Positions 13,101 through 21,640 of a stretch of DNA of 64,000 nt are shown one piece after another (positions within the stretch are counted from its first letter, which is position 1; every line of letters starts with the position of its first letter). The notes beneath the pieces are model-generated. The model did no database searches. It saw only the letters and a program-made list of their open reading frames with translations, and was not told where the DNA came from. The stretch lies in sequence record PQ390715.1; one strand, written 5' to 3'. The position numbers and the translations under genes are program-made.

Positions 13101-14133
13101 CCTATCTGATGGTGATAAGGTGATGATTTTCACTCCTGATGGTGAAGATTTTGTGAGATATCAAAATCACACATGGGAAACAATCTTGCGTGTATCTAAC
13201 ATCAAAAACAATACAACTCCGATCCTATTCACTGTAAGAAATACAGGTAAGGAAACGATTGAATTGATTGATGAGAGTACTGGTGCAGTTCTCCGTTATG
13301 ATAACATCACTCTTGCACAACAAAATGAGCCAGTACAGCCTCTAGCATTGAACATTGTTCGTGTTAGAACATTTGCTGACCCTGAATTTGTCAAGAATGG
13401 TATTAAATTGTATGAACAAAATAGAAATTACACCATTGATGTAATTAATTATGATGTTTTCTACGATACTACTTTAAATGGTGGTAAGTACAATGACGGA
13501 ATAACACCAGATGACGTTGACGTTTGGATAATCTCCAATGAAATATTTGATGTTGATGGAATTACTATCGATAACGGTTATAACTTACCAATTACGGGTG
13601 CGGGAGTTCTTAGTGAATTGGCAAGAACTAAAATGACTGATAGTTTAGAAATCAACGTTATCGAATATGATTCAAGTGTTATTCAACCGTTTAGAAATAA
13701 TGAAGGGATATGGGTTTATGGATTCCCAATGGTTGACGGTATGTATATCGGTGTTGTTGGTGGTACTGTTACTAACATCACAACCATTAGTGAAGAAAAT
13801 ACAACCTATGTTTCTCAACCTAAATCAATAAGTCCTTATAGTATTAGAAATAATGTTTTATCCGGTTCAGCCGCGAACATGAATGATATTATATCGATTG
13901 GATATGAAAAAGTTGAAGTTAGAAATGCAAATAATTTACTCCGTGGTGTAATGTATAGTGCAGAACATGATTTTAAACTTAATACCACATATTCTTTCAA
14001 TGGAATTAATTTAGGTAATTATGATATGTTAAAACGTTACACACAAAATAGTTACATTATAGATCTTTCAGTATACACTGATAGTCTACAAGTTAGTGGT
14101 AATGATATTAAAAATATATTATTAGTTAAGTAA
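4162..14133 (+). CDS. Very large virion structural protein (~3,320 aa), probably baseplate wedge/hub associated
   Basis: Uninterrupted ORF from 4132. The ATG at 4162 follows GGAG, and TAAATA is at 4120. It follows gp25 and gp6; no enzyme motif recognised. Confidence 0.7.
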   Translation: MTNNFKFQPTQMAEAVQKKLFIKRLPEWMQGLEDIQKVSDDVIQQWFNPAENELVDGYIGDMGSPAAAGNIFLHESTVARQLYQLSTAYVSKNDDSTIRSIQFYDDLVGYMNHYGALTDNESRLFNGKFYAWTPAINPNKMNNFSSYLWDTKNSYNITSPDYIVMERGALNGNTWSLQNFWYTLGETLEDGSILTEELMQDSRFIRARAPIIEYNKNIELINYGTKFRGTVDLFSDIIKPEDIVQKDINSGIRIDGIIPQDGMRILFTSIGNNGENNRIYNVYVKKMQDGTRVYGLALDPEEETESRPSGEPQDGDVVLITKGNEYGNSSMYWNGSLWVRAQSKTSVNVFPKFQLYDRNGIKLDNSTTYSSSNFKGSELFGFKINYNYATDSVYGYNIELGDYNYYIYENFLQSQRYTYDHLGKEVEIDGLYYYNIIDENNEMNLQTDWVRSEEYSKQFVKQTPQVQRTDMYRVFSTVYDMEVFKEPVDGMYAYVIEVDRTYQYYKADRETYLDWHPITGDGVQIVKYDHTFELAQKVLDNDSDIIEVVVDGVDVSKYTKNVSKGQVQSITLDSTVELDEDSVIQIRTYSSTVTPNKELGAYEVPINLQNNPYNSNIIYINQGDYTLHFQDIIQKNITRGSSDDFNDYEERLAKGLVNNGVGTKIIQNEASMLPLMAHTANEDIDLFEATMFMQSEYFRFINKFNTQMLRMYDENPSDFLQNSAANIVDAILTTINMGRDSSFPFYYDNVGSTSGFIRAFIPPTPQFLGILQAYVPEKATFLTAGSKPSCYNISHTGIISKAYRVINGVDKMDDVVYELENRIFNSIDNKFKDVDYVPVLNSDDLFPTPYFTKTEYSAEEKQTLLLRGYINFTATNGISNSTHDYDPNNWRTWNYTGTYYVVNGQSTEIPARGSWRAIYTDQYGTYRPATHPWEMFGFTQRPTWWNQEYEPTAVQVGERDSDVVYVYEALVMNEQGDLVPSGLWDIDGTIGDSSTGTILFGDRRGQYDKYKRFGVQPFKITKTGNKTSSGIDICVVEYIAPEILGLVSGSLNHRAEPWTYGDMGDMEFTYMNTTLFAYDQMMLLYKAKPAQFANYFWDTRNDNLKEVFTDGSQFLYGDTRKRINFDKNTVVHGENSTRTIGYQMFVSDHLMYQNKNITTKYGDVVRSSYINVGHKIGGFTKADQLTFNAKSFGLISQENQTIGLVRSNNIRDEQMSAIKITWNGSAYQIDGYDLVGAKFKYKLPVKNGRKVTLKLENRNVVHYNEWKSEASIEYGKVFNSYQEVYTFICGYGEYLKEHGWIFEDVNDSGAQQDWNTIAKDFVIWSQNSLVTGEFISCTPSAANAKFGADFGSVQSITQNNGGVWSLLDDNNQGIRQYEIETSRIGNIFTVRTLESNKRIALIRLSLCSYEHAVIFDDKTIFGDYIYQPTYGSIQELIKMYGYITGSWTGRLQAPGFIILEAGTLPSFEKLVSDFQHYYDSETPVSDVQLQELSNHLIGYQSRDYLQRMISSDVSRVDFYKGFIHDKGTNQVLERVLRVSKSYDTDEYKALQEWAFKIGTYGNIDGKKNLQFKLINDQFKQQPQMVSFDVNATSNGNGNHIVYFGEQGKDPRWITRPNGKFSFPMRSGRSENIQLPDIGPVTLDEVSYTTKDFSTAYNDRITYTNGKGENPESVWMFKDGNGLWNIFELVDTNVQMVSITPIENTDVYAEQFCKVTLTDNVPLEDGDYYYFVDETNFMPDTLTVESQYYTAGSDPKVMVVPFDTSIDIEFTDPDTRPRLYRYVSRFASTDERQAYIDKKYSFKAPQSTLFDRPTTYDERTNITELYLNVYDPINGVIPGAAMQNVTYTSPVDPAQYNSNGELIQAWGADKVGQVWWNTSTAFYLDYTRAIYDADGNVDIDATNEYKRYNWGRLLPHSTIDVLEWVCSPVEPYNWDKYCKDVAKKNKNNTMYLPSGTALEDNYSTFLEYDSSTDSYVTKYYFWVRDTIYVPPLHTRTKSCTDIARIIKDPTQLNIPWFAPINENSFILSNMQFKVNDDTSILTVSYYMDSTEVVKHDQYQLCKEGDSYNFNPLIWDSMWNSLIGQETTESGSVINLLYPDVDNGLGSNKTWFQNVIEARRNFVESANNYYRSQNITTNSVVMEDVFNVKTTEVNPNEVSFRVLSYNNELVIAVESDKFKENDAVILSTSGYLPNPLTSSAVYFIHFDENGYIQLMNSPANAGSVVTITLENKGEGQHKMIKQSDYVESLGTSLDMTQYWSYADWYDVGYDSNTTYTQESSLEDANTKNYQVGDIIRVTDSENIWTLYIKSQSRDSIYWKAIGRENSTVELNDMLYADYSVHNDNGSLSNREINVRKALALLKNSFDLHQSEIVFDMVKYVHVEQSVVDWVFKTSYIYIVGLEQSLVQNYSNDNLINQIVEYFEEVKPYRTKIRSQIEQKTSDDDLIKGLCNDLDPNGYIFVDGSWIKTEKDIWDYEYAQFNEITQKWEQVGSLPSDFVTPNRRFQEIDIIMHYDNIQCKPNEDLASINELVSVNNKYQSNEKDAVSNYELQRYIYSFPEYSEETFDLLIAYQMQIYYPELDVTLGTAYGVNQWYKDHAEDLEATDEFTATLERVYKESTHNDMFTDLRQYVQYNTLANRLKLYKDISDEKIHDEVGCGFSGLTYNDNPSTRLPLGFSSSNDYNYGYFEISSELYQKYISLIKDKNPDASDYEVKVKLEVEYGVYVYRYDEVGGDTRFYTDAIHVLAGMRGLFDKDATDKYEKAEEILSKTPIDIYAITMIPRKYVYLNVNGVYQSIPDEQSIDDFMEDYFITNGEMVELAEINLDDLPLDQNNPMYSDYQYILDSITEAKYFNDMNAFDNLALESQTSSIKWEVKDDEVDPYIVDISDINPSGRDVGQIRFTVDGYGFDNVSLVQLRDNSRYQTEGMAIINPYKHTEAIVSIPSYAKIENDINKTTSKFDEKYFYRVRSINSLTEAEIVDNDLSDGDKVMIFTPDGEDFVRYQNHTWETILRVSNIKNNTTPILFTVRNTGKETIELIDESTGAVLRYDNITLAQQNEPVQPLALNIVRVRTFADPEFVKNGIKLYEQNRNYTIDVINYDVFYDTTLNGGKYNDGITPDDVDVWIISNEIFDVDGITIDNGYNLPITGAGVLSELARTKMTDSLEINVIEYDSSVIQPFRNNEGIWVYGFPMVDGMYIGVVGGTVTNITTISEENTTYVSQPKSISPYSIRNNVLSGSAANMNDIISIGYEKVEVRNANNLLRGVMYSAEHDFKLNTTYSFNGINLGNYDMLKRYTQNSYIIDLSVYTDSLQVSGNDIKNILLVK

Positions 14134-14134
14134 T

Positions 14135-14170
14135 AAAAAAGGAGAGCATAATGCTCTCCTTTTCTTTTTT
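14135..14170. terminator. Bidirectional intrinsic terminator
   Basis: AAAAAAGGAGAGC-ATAAT-GCTCTCCTTTT between convergent genes. Confidence 0.9.
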
Positions 14171-16458
14171 TATACTAGTGCTTTATCTACAGCTTTGGTA
14201 CGTTTCGGCTTAATACCGATTTTACCATCAATAACATCAAATGTAATGTTACCACCATTCACAAGTGAACCACACAACATTTCTTTAGCTAGTGGCACAC
14301 GAATGTTTTGTTCAATGGTACGTTTCATTGGACGTGCACCCATACCAACTTTTACCCCATTTTTCGCAAGCCATTCACGTGCAGCTTTTGTCAATGTAAC
14401 TTTAACATTACGGTCTTTGACTTGTTCATTCAAACCACCCATGAACTTATCAATGATGCTGTCAATAGCTTCACTGCTTAGGTCTTTAAACGTAACGATA
14501 CTATCAATACGGTTAATAAACTCTGGTGGCAAGAATGCTTTAATTGCCTTGTCCTGTGCAGTGTCACTACCGCTCATACCAATGCTACGCTTTGTTGAAT
14601 CAGCCGCACCAAGGTTTGTAGTCATAATAACAGTTACGTTATTAAAATATACAGTTTTACCTTGAGAACCAGTCAGACGACCTTCATCCAAAACCTGTAG
14701 GAAGGTTAGTAGTACTTTACGATCTGCTTTTTCAATTTCATCAAGTAACAGTACTGCATTAGGGAACTGCTCAATTTTATCCAACAGTAAACCGTTACCA
14801 GAATCATGACCAACATAACCTGGAGGTGAACCAATTAGTTTAGAAACAGTATGTTCTTGAGAAAATTCTGACATATCAAAGCGAATGAGTTCCGCACCAG
14901 TTGCGTCTGCTAATGCTTTGGTAATTTCTGTTTTACCAGTACCAGATGGTCCAACAAACATAAATGCACCCTGAACACTAGATTTGTCACGCAGTCCTGC
15001 ACGAGCTACCATCACGTTATCAACTAATTTTTGAATAGCTTCCTCTTGACCGTATACACGTGAGCGTAGTGCATCTGGTAGATTACGCATACGATCACTT
15101 TCAGTACATGCAACCACGTTGATATCCAAATTGGCAATACCAGCAACAACTTCTTGAATCAAATTGGCAGTAATAAGCTTACTATTGTTGTCACGTGAAC
15201 GAACTTTAGCCGCAGCAGCATCCATTAGATCAATTGCTTTATCTGGGAAGTGCTTATTCTTCAGGAATTTATCACTGAGAGAAATTACAGCATCCATTGC
15301 ATCAGATGTGAACTCAACATTATGGAATTTTTCATACGTTGGTTTCAAACCATTAACAATTGCACGAGTTTCATCAATTGTCGGCTCAACTACGTCAATT
15401 TTCATAAAACGACGAGTTAATGCACTATCTTTCTCGATATTTTTACGATATTCATCATATGTTGTTGCACCAATTACACGAATCTCACCACGTGAAAGTG
15501 CTGGCTTAAGCATATTGCTCATGTCCATAGAACCATTACTTGCGGAACCAGCCCCAACCATAATATGAATTTCATCAATGAAAACAATAGTATTTTCACG
15601 TTTCTTTAGTTCTTTTAGCAAATTGTCGATGCGTTCTTCAAATTCACCACGATACTTAGTACCAGCAGTCAATGCACCAACATTTAGTGAAAGAATTTCA
15701 ACGTCTTTCAGGTGTTCAGGTACGTTACCATCAGCAATAGCTTGTGCAAGCCCGTCGATGATTTGTGTTTTACCTACACCAGCTTCACCAGTGAGAATAG
15801 CATTCTTTTTGGTTTTGCGAGCAAGAGTCTCAATCAATGCAGACAATTCTTTCTGGCGACCAATCATAGGATCTAGTTTGCCTTCTTTTGCAAGAGCAGT
15901 TAGATTCGTTGTATAGTCTTCCAAACCTTTTTGTTTAGATGATTGCTGCTGTTGGGCCACTTTTTTATCTCCAATCGGTTCGTCATTAATACTTTGTAAG
16001 TTGATACCCTTATCAAGTGACTCAACGTGTTTCTGTAATGCACGTGCAGCTTCAGTACAGCTAACACCTTCTTCTTTTAACGCAGCTTCTAGTGCTGTGT
16101 TAGGGAAAGACAGACATTCGAATAGAACAAAATATGCATCAATCGAAAAATCATCACTTTTTAGTTGTTCAATAACTGATTTTTTAGAAAGCTCATGTAC
16201 AACGCGATTCACTAGAAGTGAAGTTCGATTCGCGTCTTCATCTTTAACACTTTTTGGTGCATGTGGAACTGTTGTATTTTTAAGATAGTTCATCAGGCGG
16301 TTGTGCAGTTTGTCTGCATCAATGTTCATATCTTCAAATACGTTCTTGATGCTATCAATAGTCAGTACTGTGGCACTTACGTGGTCAATAGTCAAGAATG
16401 TATGACCTAGAGATGTTGCCAGTTCGTCGCTTTTTTTGAACAATTGAGTAAGATTCAT
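14170..16458 (-). CDS. clpA: ClpA-like Hsp100 ATPase (Clp protease ATP-binding subunit)
   Basis: Clp-N domain, two AAA+ modules ([14 protein letters not shown] and [15 protein letters not shown]), pore loops KYRG and GYVG, no ClpB middle domain; start at 16458 follows GGAG. Confidence 0.9.
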   Translation of the reverse strand: MNLTQLFKKSDELATSLGHTFLTIDHVSATVLTIDSIKNVFEDMNIDADKLHNRLMNYLKNTTVPHAPKSVKDEDANRTSLLVNRVVHELSKKSVIEQLKSDDFSIDAYFVLFECLSFPNTALEAALKEEGVSCTEAARALQKHVESLDKGINLQSINDEPIGDKKVAQQQQSSKQKGLEDYTTNLTALAKEGKLDPMIGRQKELSALIETLARKTKKNAILTGEAGVGKTQIIDGLAQAIADGNVPEHLKDVEILSLNVGALTAGTKYRGEFEERIDNLLKELKKRENTIVFIDEIHIMVGAGSASNGSMDMSNMLKPALSRGEIRVIGATTYDEYRKNIEKDSALTRRFMKIDVVEPTIDETRAIVNGLKPTYEKFHNVEFTSDAMDAVISLSDKFLKNKHFPDKAIDLMDAAAAKVRSRDNNSKLITANLIQEVVAGIANLDINVVACTESDRMRNLPDALRSRVYGQEEAIQKLVDNVMVARAGLRDKSSVQGAFMFVGPSGTGKTEITKALADATGAELIRFDMSEFSQEHTVSKLIGSPPGYVGHDSGNGLLLDKIEQFPNAVLLLDEIEKADRKVLLTFLQVLDEGRLTGSQGKTVYFNNVTVIMTTNLGAADSTKRSIGMSGSDTAQDKAIKAFLPPEFINRIDSIVTFKDLSSEAIDSIIDKFMGGLNEQVKDRNVKVTLTKAAREWLAKNGVKVGMGARPMKRTIEQNIRVPLAKEMLCGSLVNGGNITFDVIDGKIGIKPKRTKAVDKALV

Positions 16459-16498
16459 GTATTCTCCTATGTGATTCACGTCACTCTAATTAATAAAC

Positions 16499-16526
16499 AT
16501 TATATCACATTCTTACGGTTTGTCTA
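16499..16526 (-). promoter_or_regulatory. Early sigma70-type promoter for clpA
   Basis: TAGACA-16nt-TATAAT with extended -10 TGTGATATAAT. Confidence 0.7.
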
Positions 16527-16531
16527 CAAGG

Positions 16532-16537
16532 TAAATA
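16532..16537 (+). promoter_or_regulatory. Late promoter box TAAATA (gp14 operon)
   Basis: TAAATA about 30 nt before GGAG-ATG, back-to-back with the clpA promoter. Confidence 0.6.
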
Positions 16538-16568
16538 AAGATATACCCGATTTATTTTGGAGACAATC

Positions 16569-18062
16569 ATGACATATAGAATGTGGAAAAAAGGTAGAAC
16601 CAATGATTACAAGTTCATTGATTCTGCCATTGCTGAACAATACAACATTGGTGGAGTTGACATGTGGCTTTATGCATATGTCGGTCCAAAACAAGTTGCT
16701 GACAACACTGACTTATCCTATGGAGGTGATTATACATCTTCAGGATCAGTTGTGTCAAGTATTGGCGATTTAATTTTTGGTGACACACCAAACAGAAACT
16801 ACAACCTTGAAGCTATCACACTTAGTTGTGTCTATCAAGTTCAAGAAGCAACTCCAGACTTGAAAATCCCAGGATTGTTCTTTAATTTCAACACTATGGA
16901 CATCACAATCCATTATAATACAATGATGCAGCGTTTAGGTAGAAAAATCATGCCAGGGGATGTGATAGAACTACCAAATTTACGTGATTTTGATGTATTG
17001 GGTAAAGATACAGGTCTAAACCGCTTCTATGTCGTCCAAGATGCATTTCGTACATCTGAGGGATACTCGGTTACGTGGCAACATCACATTTATAAACTTA
17101 GAGTTAAACCGCTAACCGACTCACCTGAGTACTCCGATTTACTCGGTAACAATAATTATCCTGATAATCCAGATGACCCTAATAATGGTAATGGAAATAC
17201 CGATGATGGTTCGTCGGAAAACAGTAACTATGGCAATGAAATGGATATCATGAACCGTATCATCATGCAAGCTGATGATGAAGTACCCTATATTCATTAT
17301 ACAAATGAACATTTGTATGATGATCGACCTGATACAGTAGATTTATCAAAATATATGCTTAACGGTTATGATTTTCCAGAAGAACCTGCCGATGGAATGT
17401 ATTTTTTGAAAAAAACATACCCAGTACTCAAAGAGTTTGTTAATGATACATGGATTTCTGTGGAAGTCAAGCGTGGAACCATCTTTCCCAGAAAACCAAT
17501 GGATGGTGACTTCTTCTTTAAAGAAAATGACGCAGATGTGACAGGTTATACGTTGTATCAATATGATAAAAGTGCTAAAAAATGGTTAAATTGTGATGTA
17601 GAATATACTACCAGTGATGTTCCACCAGAAGATGTGGAAGATTTTTGTATTTTTTATAAAGAACCACACATTTATCAGTATAATGATGACAAGTGGGGGG
17701 AACCAAAGGTAACTTATGTCAATGAACCATTCACGTCCAATTGTGTATATGGTAATATTGATTCGCAACAAGATTATCGTCCTAAAATTCCACCAGCACG
17801 AGGTACAGTCCCTGAAGGAAATATGTTCCCAACTGATGCAGTAGATGGTGACTATTTCTATCGCACCGATTATACTCCAGTTACGTTATGGGAATTCAAT
17901 GCAACTAAGAATTCATGGGTTATTTTTGATTATGGTGGAAGAAAACCGTGGGAAGGTGCAGACTTAGCACTTACACAGTTTGTAAATAGTGATAACAAAG
18001 TTCCATTACATGACGCAGTTAAACCTAATACTGTTTATCGCATACATAAGGACACAGAATGA
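16569..18062 (+). CDS. gp14: Neck/head-closure protein, T4 gp14-like, with long C-terminal extension
   Basis: N-half D..I.EQY.IGGVD...Y and KIMPGDVIELP are gp14-like; the C-half has FP..P.DG.YF repeats. Confidence 0.65.
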   Translation: MTYRMWKKGRTNDYKFIDSAIAEQYNIGGVDMWLYAYVGPKQVADNTDLSYGGDYTSSGSVVSSIGDLIFGDTPNRNYNLEAITLSCVYQVQEATPDLKIPGLFFNFNTMDITIHYNTMMQRLGRKIMPGDVIELPNLRDFDVLGKDTGLNRFYVVQDAFRTSEGYSVTWQHHIYKLRVKPLTDSPEYSDLLGNNNYPDNPDDPNNGNGNTDDGSSENSNYGNEMDIMNRIIMQADDEVPYIHYTNEHLYDDRPDTVDLSKYMLNGYDFPEEPADGMYFLKKTYPVLKEFVNDTWISVEVKRGTIFPRKPMDGDFFFKENDADVTGYTLYQYDKSAKKWLNCDVEYTTSDVPPEDVEDFCIFYKEPHIYQYNDDKWGEPKVTYVNEPFTSNCVYGNIDSQQDYRPKIPPARGTVPEGNMFPTDAVDGDYFYRTDYTPVTLWEFNATKNSWVIFDYGGRKPWEGADLALTQFVNSDNKVPLHDAVKPNTVYRIHKDTE

Positions 18063-19402
18063 AAATAGATTATTATTATGACGGTCAATTTCGCAGAGTA
18101 CTGAAACATCTTATCAGAGTTTTTGGTGAATTTCAAGTACAAAATGGTATTGATGCTAATGGAAACCCAAAATACAAAAAGGTTCCATGTCGCTATGCCG
18201 ATATTTCAAGAATGGCAGCAGCAATTATAAATGGGAATAGTGAAAATGTTCTCCCATCAGCACCTATAATGACCATAAGTGTTAATCAACTAAAGTTGGA
18301 TCGTAAAAATATTCGTTCTAATGCCAACGAAACTATAGTAATGGGGTCTAACAAGTCCCCTGCTATTAATGAGTACACAAAAGATCTTGACACACAATAC
18401 AAAATTGTAAGACATAACCCAGTACCTTGGACTTTTACGTTTGATTTGAATATTTGGGTAACTCAAACTCAAACTAAAATGGAATTATTCGAACAAATCT
18501 CAACTTTGTTTGCACCTAGTATACAACTTCAATTATCTGATAACCCGTTAGATTGGACATCGCTTAGTGATGTTGAACTAATAGATTGTCAGTTTTCTAC
18601 TCGTGGTTTTCCACAAGGAACTGACCCAGATTTGGATATAATGGTTTTAACATTTGAAACGACAATATGGTTTTCTTTACCAGCTATTGTTGAAAAACCA
18701 AAATTAATCCAACAGATTACTACAAATATTAAAGGTGCTCGTGACGAATTTGATTTTGAAATGGGAAATTATTCAGATATAATAACAGATGTTTTTACAC
18801 CCAAGAATTTATGCATTAAAGTTGAAGAAATTACTAATTCCAAGTATAATTTACCTGATACATACCAACTTACCTTGGTTAGCCAATCGCTATCTGCGGT
18901 TTCTCCCAACGGTGGAATATATTCATGGGAAAAATATCTTAAATATCTAGAACCAAATTTTGATGACAAAAAAGTAGGGATTAAATTTCAACAATCTATT
19001 GAAGAAGACAACCCACTAAAAGGTCATATAGCGTCGTATGGTGAAAATGAAGATGCCAACAAAATTATAGTACAGCTTGATAATACCAATTATACTGTTG
19101 ATTACACTATACATGGGTTTGTGCAGAAAGATTCAGTACTTTCAAGTGCATTACCTGAACAATATTATGTAAATAACAGTATACATAACATCATTTATAA
19201 AGAAACCGAAATCCCATCAAATTATTTGTTTAAAATTACAAATGATGGTGCACAATTAATTGATCCATCTACTGTACGAAATTACATTTATAATAAAGAA
19301 GACAATGGTTATTATAGATATAATGACAAATTTAAATGGCATAAAAGTATCATGCCTGTGTATCGTCAGGGATATTGGAAAATAACTTTCACTGACAAAT
19401 AA
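18059..19402 (+). CDS. gp15: Tail sheath stabiliser/tail terminator, T4 gp15-like
   Basis: YYYDGQFRR....IR.FG, KVP.RY, P.P....F.L.I and ELFEQI..LF.P motifs; ATGA overlap with gp14. Confidence 0.75.
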   Translation: MKIDYYYDGQFRRVLKHLIRVFGEFQVQNGIDANGNPKYKKVPCRYADISRMAAAIINGNSENVLPSAPIMTISVNQLKLDRKNIRSNANETIVMGSNKSPAINEYTKDLDTQYKIVRHNPVPWTFTFDLNIWVTQTQTKMELFEQISTLFAPSIQLQLSDNPLDWTSLSDVELIDCQFSTRGFPQGTDPDLDIMVLTFETTIWFSLPAIVEKPKLIQQITTNIKGARDEFDFEMGNYSDIITDVFTPKNLCIKVEEITNSKYNLPDTYQLTLVSQSLSAVSPNGGIYSWEKYLKYLEPNFDDKKVGIKFQQSIEEDNPLKGHIASYGENEDANKIIVQLDNTNYTVDYTIHGFVQKDSVLSSALPEQYYVNNSIHNIIYKETEIPSNYLFKITNDGAQLIDPSTVRNYIYNKEDNGYYRYNDKFKWHKSIMPVYRQGYWKITFTDK

Positions 19403-19415
19403 AGGAGGTGTTGTT

Positions 19416-19880
19416 ATGAATGAAGCGGTTGGTGCTATATTTTTATCAAAAAGTACTGGACATATGATGTTAAACTTGCGTTCTGAAAGAAGTACCTATT
19501 CTAACAACTGGGCATTTGTTGGTGGAAAGCTTGAACATAACGAAACACCACTACAAGGTCTGATGAGAGAAATTAAAGAAGAGTTGGGCAACTCAATACC
19601 TAACATTATTGATATTATACCGTTTGATGTATTTTGTACAAAAAATGGTAAATTTAAATATTATTCATTTGTTATTGTAGTTGAGAATGAATTTGTACCA
19701 ACTTTAAATCATGAAAGCTCTGGTTATGCTTGGGTTAGAATTGGTTCTTGGCCTAAACCATTACACCCTGGTGCTAAAAATACTTTACTTAACACAAACT
19801 TAATGAAAGATTTTTACTCACTATGGGAAAGTATACGTGAAGGTACACAGTTTGTCAACAGTTTACCATATAGATATTAA
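19416..19880 (+). CDS. NUDIX hydrolase
   Basis: Nudix box GGKLEHNETPLQGLMREIKEELG; SD GGAGG. Confidence 0.9.
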   Translation: MNEAVGAIFLSKSTGHMMLNLRSERSTYSNNWAFVGGKLEHNETPLQGLMREIKEELGNSIPNIIDIIPFDVFCTKNGKFKYYSFVIVVENEFVPTLNHESSGYAWVRIGSWPKPLHPGAKNTLLNTNLMKDFYSLWESIREGTQFVNSLPYRY

Positions 19881-19883
19881 AAC

Positions 19884-19910
19884 AAAAAGGAGCCGTGTGG
19901 CTCCTTTTTT
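19884..19910. terminator. Bidirectional intrinsic terminator
   Basis: AAAAAGGAGCC-GTGT-GGCTCCTTTTTT. Confidence 0.9.
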
Positions 19911-21010
19911 TATACTCCAATAATCGGAATACCTGTAATATTTAACAACACGGATGCTTGTAGTTTAACGGATTCACCAGCAGTTAGATTACTAATGCTA
20001 CCATCAACTCGAAAACCTAAATTTTTATTTGAGTTTAGAGAATTGATAACCCAATTTTCATAATCAGCTTTAGATGTTCCATTAGGATTTGGGATAGATG
20101 GATCTACACCATTAATAACAATATTTACGTCCCAGTTTGGGCGACTACTGGTAATAACATCTTTTATGGATTCTAATTGTGTAATCCTACGTGGGTCTGG
20201 CATTTGACTTGCCCCCACCGAACCAGGAACAAAAGTTCCTTGATTATCTACATAAAATTGCCCTTTTATAAAAAAGGTTTTTGAATTGTATGGAAGAGAA
20301 ACTATCTCACCAGAAGAATCATTTACTTCTCTAATCATAATTTTTAATTCATAGAAATAGTTGCTACCAAATTCAAAGACACCAGTACCATTAGTTAATG
20401 TTGTCCAGTTATTTGTATCTACTTGTGAAGTACCACCTAAGTTAAAATACGCAATTGGTTTAGTACTATTACTTTGTGTGAACTCTATATATTTTTTACC
20501 ATTATCATAGTTAATATCTAATAATGATGAATACTCTTTGTTTTCTGGTCTAGATGTTTGAATTTCACGCCATTCTTTGTTTTTCATTAACACACGAAGA
20601 GAATCACCGTTACTAGTTAATACCATACGACCCATAACACTATTTTCACCATCAGGCACTGTGTTAAAAACAGTAATCATAGGGATAGACGCCCACTCAG
20701 CTTCACTTACCATATCAGCAGGTTGTCTAGCATTATCAACTAATGATATCAATAACTCACCAGTACTACCAGTGTTTCTATACCAAAGTTGACCATTGAC
20801 GTTGCCACGTGGTGCAGATGCTGAACTGAAATTTTCAACTAAATGTAAAAAGTTTTCATTCCATGCTTGACCGTAACTTACTTTATTTCTACCAACTAAA
20901 TTTAACGGAACTGGGTTACTTCCGGGCTGGTTTGGTCCTAAAATAACATTATTTGGAATGGTAGCATAAACACTACCATTACTTCTATAAATTGTATAAT
21001 TAACACTCAT
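19910..21010 (-). CDS. Virion structural protein (baseplate/fibre-attachment type N-terminus)
   Basis: LNLVGRNKVSYGQAWNENFLHLVENFSS...GQLWY motif typical of jumbo-myophage tail and baseplate proteins. Confidence 0.6.
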   Translation of the reverse strand: MSVNYTIYRSNGSVYATIPNNVILGPNQPGSNPVPLNLVGRNKVSYGQAWNENFLHLVENFSSASAPRGNVNGQLWYRNTGSTGELLISLVDNARQPADMVSEAEWASIPMITVFNTVPDGENSVMGRMVLTSNGDSLRVLMKNKEWREIQTSRPENKEYSSLLDINYDNGKKYIEFTQSNSTKPIAYFNLGGTSQVDTNNWTTLTNGTGVFEFGSNYFYELKIMIREVNDSSGEIVSLPYNSKTFFIKGQFYVDNQGTFVPGSVGASQMPDPRRITQLESIKDVITSSRPNWDVNIVINGVDPSIPNPNGTSKADYENWVINSLNSNKNLGFRVDGSISNLTAGESVKLQASVLLNITGIPIIGV

Positions 21011-21022
21011 TATATGTCCCCA

Positions 21023-21631
21023 TTATTGTAATTGTACACGAACTGTGTATTTAATTTGTAAGACACGGTTTGCACTTTTCTCAACTGGGTGAAAAATGAT
21101 ATGGGTTAAAGGAATACCACTATCGCCATCCGTGTATAATCCCAATTCATCAAACACATAAGTTCCATCCATGCTTGTCCCTGAGCTTACACCTTGGTCG
21201 GATGGTTCACCTAACCCTAGAGTACAAATACATACAATATCAGTATAGGACTGTCCTGGTATATGTACAGTTGTAATATTATTGTATTGTGAATCAATAC
21301 CTGCCGTAATTCGTGGGTTGATTTTTTTCAAATATGTTTGTGAATACAAACCACCAAATGATGTAACACGTGGTTTTTTATAAGTAACACGACCAGTACT
21401 TAAAACTACTGTACCACCATTACCAAAACGCATCTCGCTAATAGAACCAATAGGAATACCAGTACTGTCTTGATTATATGCTAACGCATTAGCAATGGCA
21501 GTACTCATATTTTCAGGGTGAATAGCGTTAGATTTATCTAAAACGATTTTTTGATTTGATGGATCAGTAACGTCAGTAATTAGGACATGACCTTTAACAA
21601 ATAGTTTTGGTTGTTCTGTTTCTAATTTCAT
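21023..21631 (-). CDS. Virion structural protein (baseplate/collar-like)
   Basis: KGHVLI.D, NAIH.EN, FGNGGT, FDELGL and THIIFHPVEKSANR.LQI.YTVR motifs; lies in a late operon. Confidence 0.55.
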   Translation of the reverse strand: MKLETEQPKLFVKGHVLITDVTDPSNQKIVLDKSNAIHPENMSTAIANALAYNQDSTGIPIGSISEMRFGNGGTVVLSTGRVTYKKPRVTSFGGLYSQTYLKKINPRITAGIDSQYNNITTVHIPGQSYTDIVCICTLGLGEPSDQGVSSGTSMDGTYVFDELGLYTDGDSGIPLTHIIFHPVEKSANRVLQIKYTVRVQLQ

Positions 21632-21640
21632 TTCTAATCC

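Noticed and set aside
14195-16288. Plus-strand ORFs within clpA
   Set aside because: Antisense shadows of a conserved ATPase with no promoter or SD support.
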